A stretch of 64,000 nucleotides of DNA from Pyrinomonadaceae bacterium (GTDB lineage: Bacteria; Acidobacteriota; Blastocatellia; Pyrinomonadales; Pyrinomonadaceae), in NCBI GenBank assembly GCA_035248785.1, contig DATFHD010000100.1:328-64327 (forward strand). The letters run 5' to 3'. The notes beneath the pieces were generated by a model, which saw nothing but the letters and a program-made list of their open reading frames with translations, did not search any database and was not told the origin of the DNA. The position numbers and the translations under genes are program-made. Shown in pieces: positions 8,946-16,472 of this stretch. Within the stretch, counting starts at the first letter, position 1. The number at the start of each line of letters is the position of its first letter.

Positions 8946-9452
8946 TTAGTCTTCCTTGCCGCGCACCGTCTCAAGCAGTTTGTTGAGCGCCCTGAGCTGC
9001 TTCTCGCCGAGGTGGCCGGCGAGCCTCCGGTGCCCTTCCAGCATCGGGCCGTCCAGCTCGGAGAGCAGCTTCAAGCCCCCGCCCGTGATGCGCGTGAGTA
9101 CAACGCGGCGGTTCGTCTCGGGCCGCTCCCGGCTGACGAGGCCGCGCTTTTCGAGCCTGTCGAGCAGGCGCGTGATGTCGGAGTCCTTCGTCACCATCCG
9201 CTCGCTGATCTCGCCGCAGGTGAGACCTTCTTCGCCAGCGCCGCGCAGGATGCGCAGGGCGTTGTACTGCGTCGGCGTCAGCTCGACGCCCTTCAGAACC
9301 TGCGCCACGCGCGCGCCGACGTACTCGGCCGTGCGCGCGAGGTTGAGGATGACCTCCTCTTCAAGGCTCTTGAAAGGCTTCGACTGCTTCAGTTCTTTTT
9401 GGAGCTTCGTAACCACGAATCGGAGTATAATCGTTATAACGACTGTTGTCAA
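8946..9452 (-). CDS. MarR-family transcriptional regulator
   Basis: LTPTQYNALRILRGAGEEGLTCGEISERMVTKDSDITRLLDRLEKRGLVSRERPETNRRVVLTRITGGG is a winged HTH of MarR type. The exact start is uncertain. Confidence 0.85.
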   Translation of the reverse strand: MTTVVITIILRFVVTKLQKELKQSKPFKSLEEEVILNLARTAEYVGARVAQVLKGVELTPTQYNALRILRGAGEEGLTCGEISERMVTKDSDITRLLDRLEKRGLVSRERPETNRRVVLTRITGGGLKLLSELDGPMLEGHRRLAGHLGEKQLRALNKLLETVRGKED

Positions 9453-9520
9453 GAGGAGCGTGCCGGTATTTTTACAGGGAAAGATTCCGCACGGGATTTA
9501 CGAGAAGGCCGGCAGCTTTT

Positions 9521-10135
9521 TTAGATTTCGTGGCGGTTGGCGAGCGCCTTGTCCATCGTGACCTCATCCACGTATTCGAGGTCTGAGCCGACGGGCATGC
9601 CCATCGCGATGCGTGTGACGCGGACGCCGAGCGGCTTGAGGAGCCGGCTGATGTAGCTGGCCGTGGCCTCGCCCTCGGTGTTGGGGTTGGTGGCGAGGAT
9701 GACTTCGCGCACCTCTACGCCGTCGTTGTTCTCGGGACGGAGGCGCGGCAATAGGTTCTGAAGTTTAAGGTCTTCGGGGCCGAGGCCGCGGATGGGTGAG
9801 AGGCTCCCGTGCAGGACGTGGTAGAGGCCGTTGTAGCTGCGCGTCTTCTCGACGGCGACGAGGTTGTAGGGCTCTTCGACGACGCAGATGAGCGAGCGGT
9901 CGCGGGTGGTCGAAGCGCAGAAGCGGCACGGGTCAACGTCGGTGAGGTTGTTGCAGACCGTGCAGGAGACGATCTTGCGCTTGACCTCTTCGAGCGCCGC
10001 GACGAAGCGATCCACGTCCGTCTGAGGCATCCGCAGGACGTGGAAGGCGAGCCGCTGCGCCGACTTGTGCCCGATGCCGGGCAGGCGCTTGAACTCGTCT
10101 ATGAGCTTCGTGACTGGCTCGGAGTATTCCAGCAT
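9521..10135 (-). CDS. recR: Recombination protein RecR
   Basis: LIDEFKRLPGIGHKSAQRLAFHVL (HhH), a C4 zinc finger CTVCNNLTDVDPCRFC, and a Toprim region LICVVEEPYNLVAVEKT. Confidence 0.95.
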   Translation of the reverse strand: MLEYSEPVTKLIDEFKRLPGIGHKSAQRLAFHVLRMPQTDVDRFVAALEEVKRKIVSCTVCNNLTDVDPCRFCASTTRDRSLICVVEEPYNLVAVEKTRSYNGLYHVLHGSLSPIRGLGPEDLKLQNLLPRLRPENNDGVEVREVILATNPNTEGEATASYISRLLKPLGVRVTRIAMGMPVGSDLEYVDEVTMDKALANRHEI

Positions 10136-10169
10136 AAGAACGGGAAGCGCTGCGGCCGGGCTATTCGGT

Positions 10170-10568
10170 TCAGTTTAAGAAGGTCGGCGACTCGGTCTCG
10201 TCTTCATCTGACGAGCGAACCGTGGCGGATGTGACGTCGGAAGGGACGCTCTCTCTGCCGAAGGCGTTCACCGAGGTGGCGTAGTAGTAATAAGTCATCC
10301 CCGGCTCCAAATGGCTTTGGGTGAATTTAGTGCCGGGGACGGGCTTGTCGTTCACCTTCTCCCACTGGTCTTTGGGTAGAGTAGGGTCTAGGCTCTGGTA
10401 GACGTTATAGCCGACCACGAACTGCGCCGGGTCTTCCCCCACACTCCGGAGAAACGGTATCAGACAGTCTTGACAGAGTAACTGCTTCTTACCCGTCCGC
10501 TTATGGCCTAAAGTGATGACCCATTCAGCCCGGCCGCTGGCCGCGTGCTTACACCTCTTCGCGCCCAT
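10170..10568 (-). CDS. Small hypothetical protein with a fibronectin type III-like C-terminal half; possibly a gene remnant
   Basis: VVGYNVYQSLDP...GTKFTQSHLEPGMTYYYYATSVNAFGRESVPS resembles an FN3 strand pattern. The DNA looks less GC-rich than its neighbours. Confidence 0.5.
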   Translation of the reverse strand: MGAKRCKHAASGRAEWVITLGHKRTGKKQLLCQDCLIPFLRSVGEDPAQFVVGYNVYQSLDPTLPKDQWEKVNDKPVPGTKFTQSHLEPGMTYYYYATSVNAFGRESVPSDVTSATVRSSDEDETESPTFLN

Positions 10569-10669
10569 GCCCGCCCCCTGTCTCGTGCCGATAACTTTCC
10601 GTCCCGTTCAGGCCGGATCACCTGCGCGGCCGAGCGAAGACGAGATGCCCTCGCCGCTCGCCGTCACTT

Positions 10670-10975
10670 TTACAACAGTCCCGGCGGGAGCATGCCGCCG
10701 AGCTTGGACTTCATGGCCTCGTCTATCTTGCGCCCGGCCTCGTTGACGGCGGCGACGATGAGGTCTTGGAGCATCTCGACGTCGCCGTCTTTGACCGCCT
10801 CGGGGTCTATCTTGATGGACTCGACCTCCTTGGTGCCGCGCATCTGGACGGTGACGACGCCGCCGCCGGCCGAGGCGTCCACCACCATCTCCTCCATCTC
10901 CTTCGCCATCTTCTCCTGCATCTGCTGGGCCTGCTTCATCATCTGCTGCATGTTCATCCCGCCGGGAAATTTCAT
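10670..10975 (-). CDS. ybaB: Nucleoid-associated protein YbaB/EbfC
   Basis: [24 protein letters not shown]...[25 protein letters not shown]...[16 protein letters not shown]. Confidence 0.9.
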   Translation of the reverse strand: MKFPGGMNMQQMMKQAQQMQEKMAKEMEEMVVDASAGGGVVTVQMRGTKEVESIKIDPEAVKDGDVEMLQDLIVAAVNEAGRKIDEAMKSKLGGMLPPGLL

Positions 10976-11056
10976 CGCCTCACCTCGCTCGACTGTTAAG
11001 GATTTGTCCGTGCCAGCATCCTAACCGCCGCCCGCCGCAAATGCAAAGCCGACGCT

Positions 11057-11635
11057 TCAGCCGAGGACTTTCGAGACCGACACGCGCAGCGACGCGAGCG
11101 TGTGCGACTGCAACCTGCGGCCGCGTGCGTAAGACCGGGCGCTCCGGTACTCGCCGCCCGCGGGGTCGCCGTAAACCTCGATGCGCTCTTCGGGGAGGTT
11201 TACGAGCCACGCCTCTGGAATCCCCGCGGCCGCGTAGAGCGGCAGCTTGACCTTCCGGTCGTAGTCGAGCGTCGTGTCCGACACCTCGATGACGACCAGC
11301 ATGTCTTCCGGGTGGGGATGCGTGTGCCTGTAAAAGTCGGCGCGGGGCTTGAGGACGGTGATGTCCGGCTGCGGCTCAGAGTAGTCGTCGAGCTGGACGG
11401 GGTTTTGGACGCGGACGATGGCGCTGTGCCGAAGCCGCAATGTGATGAACTGCGTCAGAAAGTCAACGCAGGCCGCGTGTCGTTCTCCGATGGGTGACAT
11501 TAGGATTACCTCCCCGCAGACAAGCTCCACGCGTTTGTCTTCCGAGAAGATTCCGAACTGACCCATCCGCTCGTACTCGGCGACGGTGAAACGATGTCTG
11601 GTTACTTCAACTGATCTGGCTTCTTGAACAGACAT
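11057..11635 (-). CDS. Uma2-family (DUF820) putative endonuclease
   Basis: FTVAEYERMGQFGIF...VELVCGEVILMSPIGERHA...PDITVLKP...MLVVIEVSDTTLDYDRKVKLPLYAAAGIPEAWLVNL is the Uma2 PD-(D/E)XK-like layout. Confidence 0.8.
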   Translation of the reverse strand: MSVQEARSVEVTRHRFTVAEYERMGQFGIFSEDKRVELVCGEVILMSPIGERHAACVDFLTQFITLRLRHSAIVRVQNPVQLDDYSEPQPDITVLKPRADFYRHTHPHPEDMLVVIEVSDTTLDYDRKVKLPLYAAAGIPEAWLVNLPEERIEVYGDPAGGEYRSARSYARGRRLQSHTLASLRVSVSKVLG

Positions 11636-11752
11636 GGCTTTTCTCCCGTGCGTGAGTTGGCGGACTCCGCTGGCGTTAGCGGAATGATAGCACGGGCGGG
11701 CGCGCGAGACGATTTACGCGCCCCGCGCGCGCGTGCTATAAGCCGAAGGGTC

Positions 11753-13879
11753 ATGAAGCGCTACGTCATCAAGCGGCCCGCGGGCTCTCAACTCCCCGAC
11801 AGGCTGGCGCGCTACCGCGAGGAGTTGAACGAGGAGCAGTTCGCCGTGGCGACGGCGCCCGCGGGTGCCGCGCTCGTCATCGCGGGCGCGGGCAGCGGGA
11901 AGACGCGTGCCATCACGTACCGCGTCGCGTACCTCGTCGAGCACGGCGTCGCGCCCGCGCGCATCATGTTGGCGACGTTCACGAACCGCGCGGCGCGCGA
12001 GATGCTGCGCCGCGTCGAGCAGTTGACGGGCGGAGGCTCGGACGTGGCGCGGCGCGTCTGGGGCGGCACCTTCCACCGCATCGCGAACCTCGTCCTGCGG
12101 CGCCACGCCGAAAGTATCGGTTACACCTCGAACTTCTCCATCCTCGACTCTGAAGACGCCAAAGACTTCATCTCCACCTGCGTTGACGAGGCCGGCGTGG
12201 ACACCAAGGCGCGTCGCTTCCCGAAGGCGGAAGTCCTGCAAGACCTCATCAGCTTCGCCACCAACACCGACACGCCCATCTCGGACGTGGTGCCGCGCCG
12301 CTACCCTTACTTCGAGCCGCTGGCGCAGCAGATCACGCGCGTTGACCGCCTCTACATGGAGCGCAAGCGCGAGCGCAACGTGATGGACTACGACGACCTG
12401 CTTCTGAACTGGAAGCGACTGCTGGAAGAGCGCGAGGAGGTGGCGCGCATCTACCGCGAGCAGTTCGAGCACGTACTCGTTGACGAGTATCAGGACACGA
12501 ACAAGCTTCAGGCGGAGATCGTTGACCTGCTCGCGTTCAAGCACCGCAACGTGATGGTCGTCGGCGACGACGCGCAGAGCATCTTCGCCTTCCGCGGCGC
12601 ATCGGTCGAAGGCATATACGAGTTCCCGAAGCGCTACCCGGAGGCGCGCGTCTTCCGGCTCGAAACCAACTACCGCTCGACGCCCGAAATCCTCGCCGTC
12701 GCCAACGTCTCCATCGCCTCGAACCGTCGGCAGTTCGCCAAGACCCTGCGCGCAGCGCGGCCGTCGCAGGGGTTACAGCCCGCGCTCGTCCCCTGCCGCG
12801 ACGCAGACCAGCAGGCGGCCTTCGTCGCGTCGCGCCTGCTCGAACTGCGCGACGAAGGCGTGGCCCTGAGCGAGGCGGCCGTGCTCTACCGTTCGCACTA
12901 CCACTCGCTCGAACTACAGCTTGAGCTGACGCGGCGCGGCATCCCTTACCGCGTGCGCTCGGGCGTGCGCTTCTTCGAGCAGGCGCACATCAAGGACGTG
13001 GTTTCGTACCTGCGCTTGGTCGCCAACCCGCGCGACGAGTTGGCGTGGAAGCGTGTCTTGCGCCTCATCCCGAACGTCGGCGCCGCGACGACCAACCGCA
13101 TCTGGGAGCGCATCGGCGTGGCCGCAGACCCTCTGGCTCTGGTCTTAAGAGGCGAGGCCGACGCCGTCGCGACGAAGCGCGGCTCGGGCTGGGCCGACTT
13201 CCGCGCGCTTCTGGAAGAACTCGTGCGCGACGAGGTGCGCACGAGCCCCGCGAGGCAGATCGAGACGGTGCTCACGCGCGGCTACGAGGACTACCTCGAA
13301 AACTCCTACGAGAACGCCGACGCGCGCCTCGAAGACCTGCGACAGCTCGCGCACTACGCCACGCGCTACACTTCGGCCGAAGAGTTTCTGGCCGAACTCT
13401 CCCTGCTCTCGACCGAGCGCTACGGAGCCCCGCAGGGCCTCACCGCCGAGGACGTAATCGAAGGCGGCGACGAAGACGAACTCATCACGCTCACCTCCGT
13501 CCACCAAGCCAAAGGTCTCGAATGGCGCGCCGTCTTCATCCTCTGGGCGGCCGACGGCAAGTTCCCCTCGCCCCGCAGCCTCCGCGACGCCGAAGGCGAA
13601 GAGGAAGAACGCCGCCTCTGGTACGTCGCCCTCACACGCGCCCAAGACCAGCTCTACATCACCTACCCCCTCATGGTCACCGACTACTCCTCCCGCCAGA
13701 CCCTCCTCCAACGCCCCTCCCGCTTCGTCACCGAAGTCCCCCCAGATTTGTATGAGATTTGGAGCCTCGAAGAAGAGACCACCACGACGCCCGCGCTCGC
13801 CGCACCCACGGCGGACGAAGAAGATGAAGGCAGCGAACCCGAACGCGGAGGCGGCGAACCGGGCGGCTATGTCAATTAA
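11753..13879 (+). CDS. UvrD/Rep/PcrA-family helicase (second paralogue in the window) with an acidic C-terminal tail
   Basis: LNEEQFAVATAPAGAALVIAGAGSGKTRAITYRVAYLV, ATFTNRAAREM, VLVDEYQDTNKLQ, TNYRSTPEIL, LTSVHQAKGLEW, YVALTRAQDQLYI. The ATG at 11753 (MKRYVIK) is preferred over the track start at 11624, which would overlap the Uma2 gene. Confidence 0.9.
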   Translation: MKRYVIKRPAGSQLPDRLARYREELNEEQFAVATAPAGAALVIAGAGSGKTRAITYRVAYLVEHGVAPARIMLATFTNRAAREMLRRVEQLTGGGSDVARRVWGGTFHRIANLVLRRHAESIGYTSNFSILDSEDAKDFISTCVDEAGVDTKARRFPKAEVLQDLISFATNTDTPISDVVPRRYPYFEPLAQQITRVDRLYMERKRERNVMDYDDLLLNWKRLLEEREEVARIYREQFEHVLVDEYQDTNKLQAEIVDLLAFKHRNVMVVGDDAQSIFAFRGASVEGIYEFPKRYPEARVFRLETNYRSTPEILAVANVSIASNRRQFAKTLRAARPSQGLQPALVPCRDADQQAAFVASRLLELRDEGVALSEAAVLYRSHYHSLELQLELTRRGIPYRVRSGVRFFEQAHIKDVVSYLRLVANPRDELAWKRVLRLIPNVGAATTNRIWERIGVAADPLALVLRGEADAVATKRGSGWADFRALLEELVRDEVRTSPARQIETVLTRGYEDYLENSYENADARLEDLRQLAHYATRYTSAEEFLAELSLLSTERYGAPQGLTAEDVIEGGDEDELITLTSVHQAKGLEWRAVFILWAADGKFPSPRSLRDAEGEEEERRLWYVALTRAQDQLYITYPLMVTDYSSRQTLLQRPSRFVTEVPPDLYEIWSLEEETTTTPALAAPTADEEDEGSEPERGGGEPGGYVN

Positions 13880-13899
13880 GACTTTCGGAGCTAACCGCG

Positions 13900-14976
13900 A
13901 TGGCTAATCCCGAACATCTTGAGATTCTGAGCCAAGGGGTAGAGGCGTGGAACAAGTGGAGAGATGAGCACCAAGACGTTCGTCCAGACCTCAGCGGTGC
14001 AGACCTCGGCGACGCAGACCTAACATTCGCCAACCTCAGCCGCTCAAACCTGAGCGGCGCAGACCTCAGCGATGCAGACTTCAGCTACGCAAATCTCAAC
14101 TTCTCAAACCTAAGCGGTGCAAATCTTAGAGATGCAGACCTCAGCGACGCAGACCTCAGCGGCGCAGACCTCAGCGGCGCAGAGCTAGGTAATGCAAACC
14201 TCAGGGACGCAAACCTCGGCGACGCAAACCTTAGTGATGCGAATCTCTTCAACGTAAATCTCACTAGTGTAGAACTCGACGGCGCAGACTTCACGAATGT
14301 TAGGTTGAGTTGGAGTACGTTCGCAGACAACGACCTCAGTGAAGTTAAAGGACTAGAGACGGTACAACATAGTGGCCCGTCAAGCATCGGCGTTGACACG
14401 CTCTATATATCAGGCGGGAAGATACCCGAAGCGTTCCTGCGCGGGTGCGGCCTACCCGACGATTTCATAGCCTTTATCCCTTCGCACTTCGGCGTACAGC
14501 AGGCAATACAGTTTTATTCCTGCTTCATCAGCTACAGCACGCGGGACGAGGAGTTCGCGCGGCGTCTTTACTCGCGGATGAGGGACGAGAAACTGCGCGT
14601 GTGGTTCGCGCCCGAAGACGCGCAGGGCGGAAAGAAGCTTTACGAGCAGATAGAGCGCGCGATTCAGGTTCACGACAGGCTTTTGATCGTCCTCTCCGAG
14701 CGGAGCCTGCAAAGCAAGTGGGTCATGACAGAGATTCGCAGGGCGCGCAAAGTCGAGTTGAAGGAGAACCGCCGCAAGCTCTTTCCCATTCGCCTCGTTG
14801 ACTACGAAACGCTGCAAGCGTGGGAATGCTTCGACGCGGATACGGGCGAGGATTTGGCGTCTGAGGTGCGTCAGTATTTCATCCCCGACTTCTCCAACTG
14901 GAAAGACCACGACGCTTTCGAGAAGGCGTTCGAGAGATTGCTACGCGATTTGAGGGCGGAAGAGGCCAGAGCCTGA
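13900..14976 (+). CDS. Pentapeptide-repeat protein fused to a C-terminal TIR domain
   Basis: About 23 A(D/N)LXX repeats (ADLGDADLTFANLSRSNLSGADLSDADFSYANLNF...), then FISYSTRDEEFARRLYSRMRDEKLRVWFAPEDAQGGKKLYEQIERAIQVHDRLLIVLSERSLQSKWVMTEIRRA (TIR-type motifs including S..W...E). Starts 20 nt after the helicase stop. Confidence 0.85.
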   Translation: MANPEHLEILSQGVEAWNKWRDEHQDVRPDLSGADLGDADLTFANLSRSNLSGADLSDADFSYANLNFSNLSGANLRDADLSDADLSGADLSGAELGNANLRDANLGDANLSDANLFNVNLTSVELDGADFTNVRLSWSTFADNDLSEVKGLETVQHSGPSSIGVDTLYISGGKIPEAFLRGCGLPDDFIAFIPSHFGVQQAIQFYSCFISYSTRDEEFARRLYSRMRDEKLRVWFAPEDAQGGKKLYEQIERAIQVHDRLLIVLSERSLQSKWVMTEIRRARKVELKENRRKLFPIRLVDYETLQAWECFDADTGEDLASEVRQYFIPDFSNWKDHDAFEKAFERLLRDLRAEEARA

Positions 14977-15150
14977 CGCGCGCGTCCGCCGCCCCTAATC
15001 CGAAGGCGTTGACACGCGTTTTCGTTCGTGTTTCAATGCGCGCCGTCCCTGCCAGAATCCCGACGCATCGCCCGAAGACTGCAAGCCTCGCCCGTAGCAA
15101 ACCTTCGCCCGCGGCCGCACGCCGCGCGGCGCAGACGCCGGAGGTGAAAG

Positions 15151-15714
15151 TTGAAGAGGCGTCAAGCACTCCTGCCCCTCGCGCTCGTCGTCTGCGCGCT
15201 GGCTGCTGTTCCTGCGCGCGGGCAGGACGAGGGGCCGGCGAACGGCCCGTTCTGGGTCTACGCGCGCATCGAGGTCAACACCACGCGGAAGACGCCGGAC
15301 GGCGAGAAGCACGAGTCCCGCGTCTACGTCTCGAACCTCGTCTCGGTGTCGGCCGACGTGTGGGACAACCTGCTCAGGTACAAGGCGAAGGAGAACGTCT
15401 CGGCCTACTTCGACGCGACCGTGGGCAAGGCCGCCGAGGCGCGCGGCGAAGAACTCTCCTACTACGATCAGGACGTTGAATGGGACTGCACCTGCGTCGG
15501 CACTTCGAACGAGGTGCGCCCGAAGTCCGACGTTGAAGAGAAGCGAAACGAGGTGATCCAGACGGCGAAGGAGAACGAACACCCGGTCGTCTTCTTCAAC
15601 TGGGATCCCACGGGGAAGAACAAAGAGCGCGACGCGCAGGGCGAGCTGAAGAAGAACACGACGCCGCCCGCCAAGGCACCCACTTCGGGGAAGAAGCCGA
15701 GCGGCTCGAACTGA
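15151..15714 (+). CDS. Secreted hypothetical protein
   Basis: Signal peptide MKRRQALLPLALVVCALAAVPARGQ. No family recognised. Confidence 0.6.
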   Translation: MKRRQALLPLALVVCALAAVPARGQDEGPANGPFWVYARIEVNTTRKTPDGEKHESRVYVSNLVSVSADVWDNLLRYKAKENVSAYFDATVGKAAEARGEELSYYDQDVEWDCTCVGTSNEVRPKSDVEEKRNEVIQTAKENEHPVVFFNWDPTGKNKERDAQGELKKNTTPPAKAPTSGKKPSGSN

Positions 15715-15781
15715 AAGCGGCCCGAGTTCTGAAAGCGCCACGCGTCCTGAAAGAGCCCCTAGTTCTGAAAGCGCCGACGCG
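15711..15781. repeat. Four tandem ~18-nt repeats, each starting with CTGAAAG
   Basis: CTGAAAG occurs at 15711, 15729, 15746 and 15764 (CTGAAAGCGCCACGCGTC-type units) in the intergenic gap. Confidence 0.7.
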
Positions 15782-15811
15782 TCCCCCTTAAACCTTCCGA
15801 GGAGCGAAGCC

Positions 15812-16438
15812 GTGAACAACCTTGCCTACACGTCGCAGGACGCCGAGTACGTCGGGCCGAAGGTCGAGGAGAAGGTGCGCGAGGAGGTCGGCGCCGATGC
15901 GCCGATGCCCTACCGCGTCGAGACGGGCGAGGCGGCGACCGTCTCGGTCGGCTCGTTCGTCGGCGACGTGGCGCGCGGGCTCGTCGGCGGCAAGGACGAG
16001 ACTCTGTTCCGCCTACGCTTCGGACTGCCGCGCCTGCTCCCGGCCGAACTGTGGGTCTCGGTCAACCGGCAGGGCGTCGGCTCGCACGTCGGGCTGCTGC
16101 ACTACTCGGCGAAGCTTTCGACGCTTTGCGGCGGCGAGGTCGCGCTCGAAGACCCGAAGTTCTTCGGCAAGTCGAAGTTCGTCGGGATGGAGCCGACGGC
16201 CTCACGGCTTAACGCCAACGGCGAACTGATAAAGCGCGCCAACGGCCTCGCGCGCGTCGAGTCACAGTCGGGCGGCCTCACGCTCAAGATCAAACGCTGC
16301 TGCAAGGTCTTCCCGTTCGCGGGCGGCTCGATGCTCGTCGTCGCGACGCTGCCGCGCCCCGTCAAGATGGGCTTCGGCGCCGCCATAGACGCCAGAGACT
16401 TCTTCGACCTCGCCGACATGCTAGAGGCGGCGCTCTGA
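15812..16438 (+). CDS. Hypothetical protein
   Basis: GTG-start ORF of 208 aa with non-shadow composition. No family recognised. Confidence 0.5.
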   Translation: MNNLAYTSQDAEYVGPKVEEKVREEVGADAPMPYRVETGEAATVSVGSFVGDVARGLVGGKDETLFRLRFGLPRLLPAELWVSVNRQGVGSHVGLLHYSAKLSTLCGGEVALEDPKFFGKSKFVGMEPTASRLNANGELIKRANGLARVESQSGGLTLKIKRCCKVFPFAGGSMLVVATLPRPVKMGFGAAIDARDFFDLADMLEAAL

Positions 16439-16472
16439 GCCTGCGGTCTGTGCTACACTTCACCTTAAACCG

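Noticed and set aside
11624-11752. Track start at 11624 for the second helicase (751 aa).
   Set aside because: The first ~43 residues are Arg/Ala-rich, have no helicase motifs and would overlap the Uma2 gene start. The ATG at 11753 (MKRYVIKRP) precedes the conserved N-terminus.
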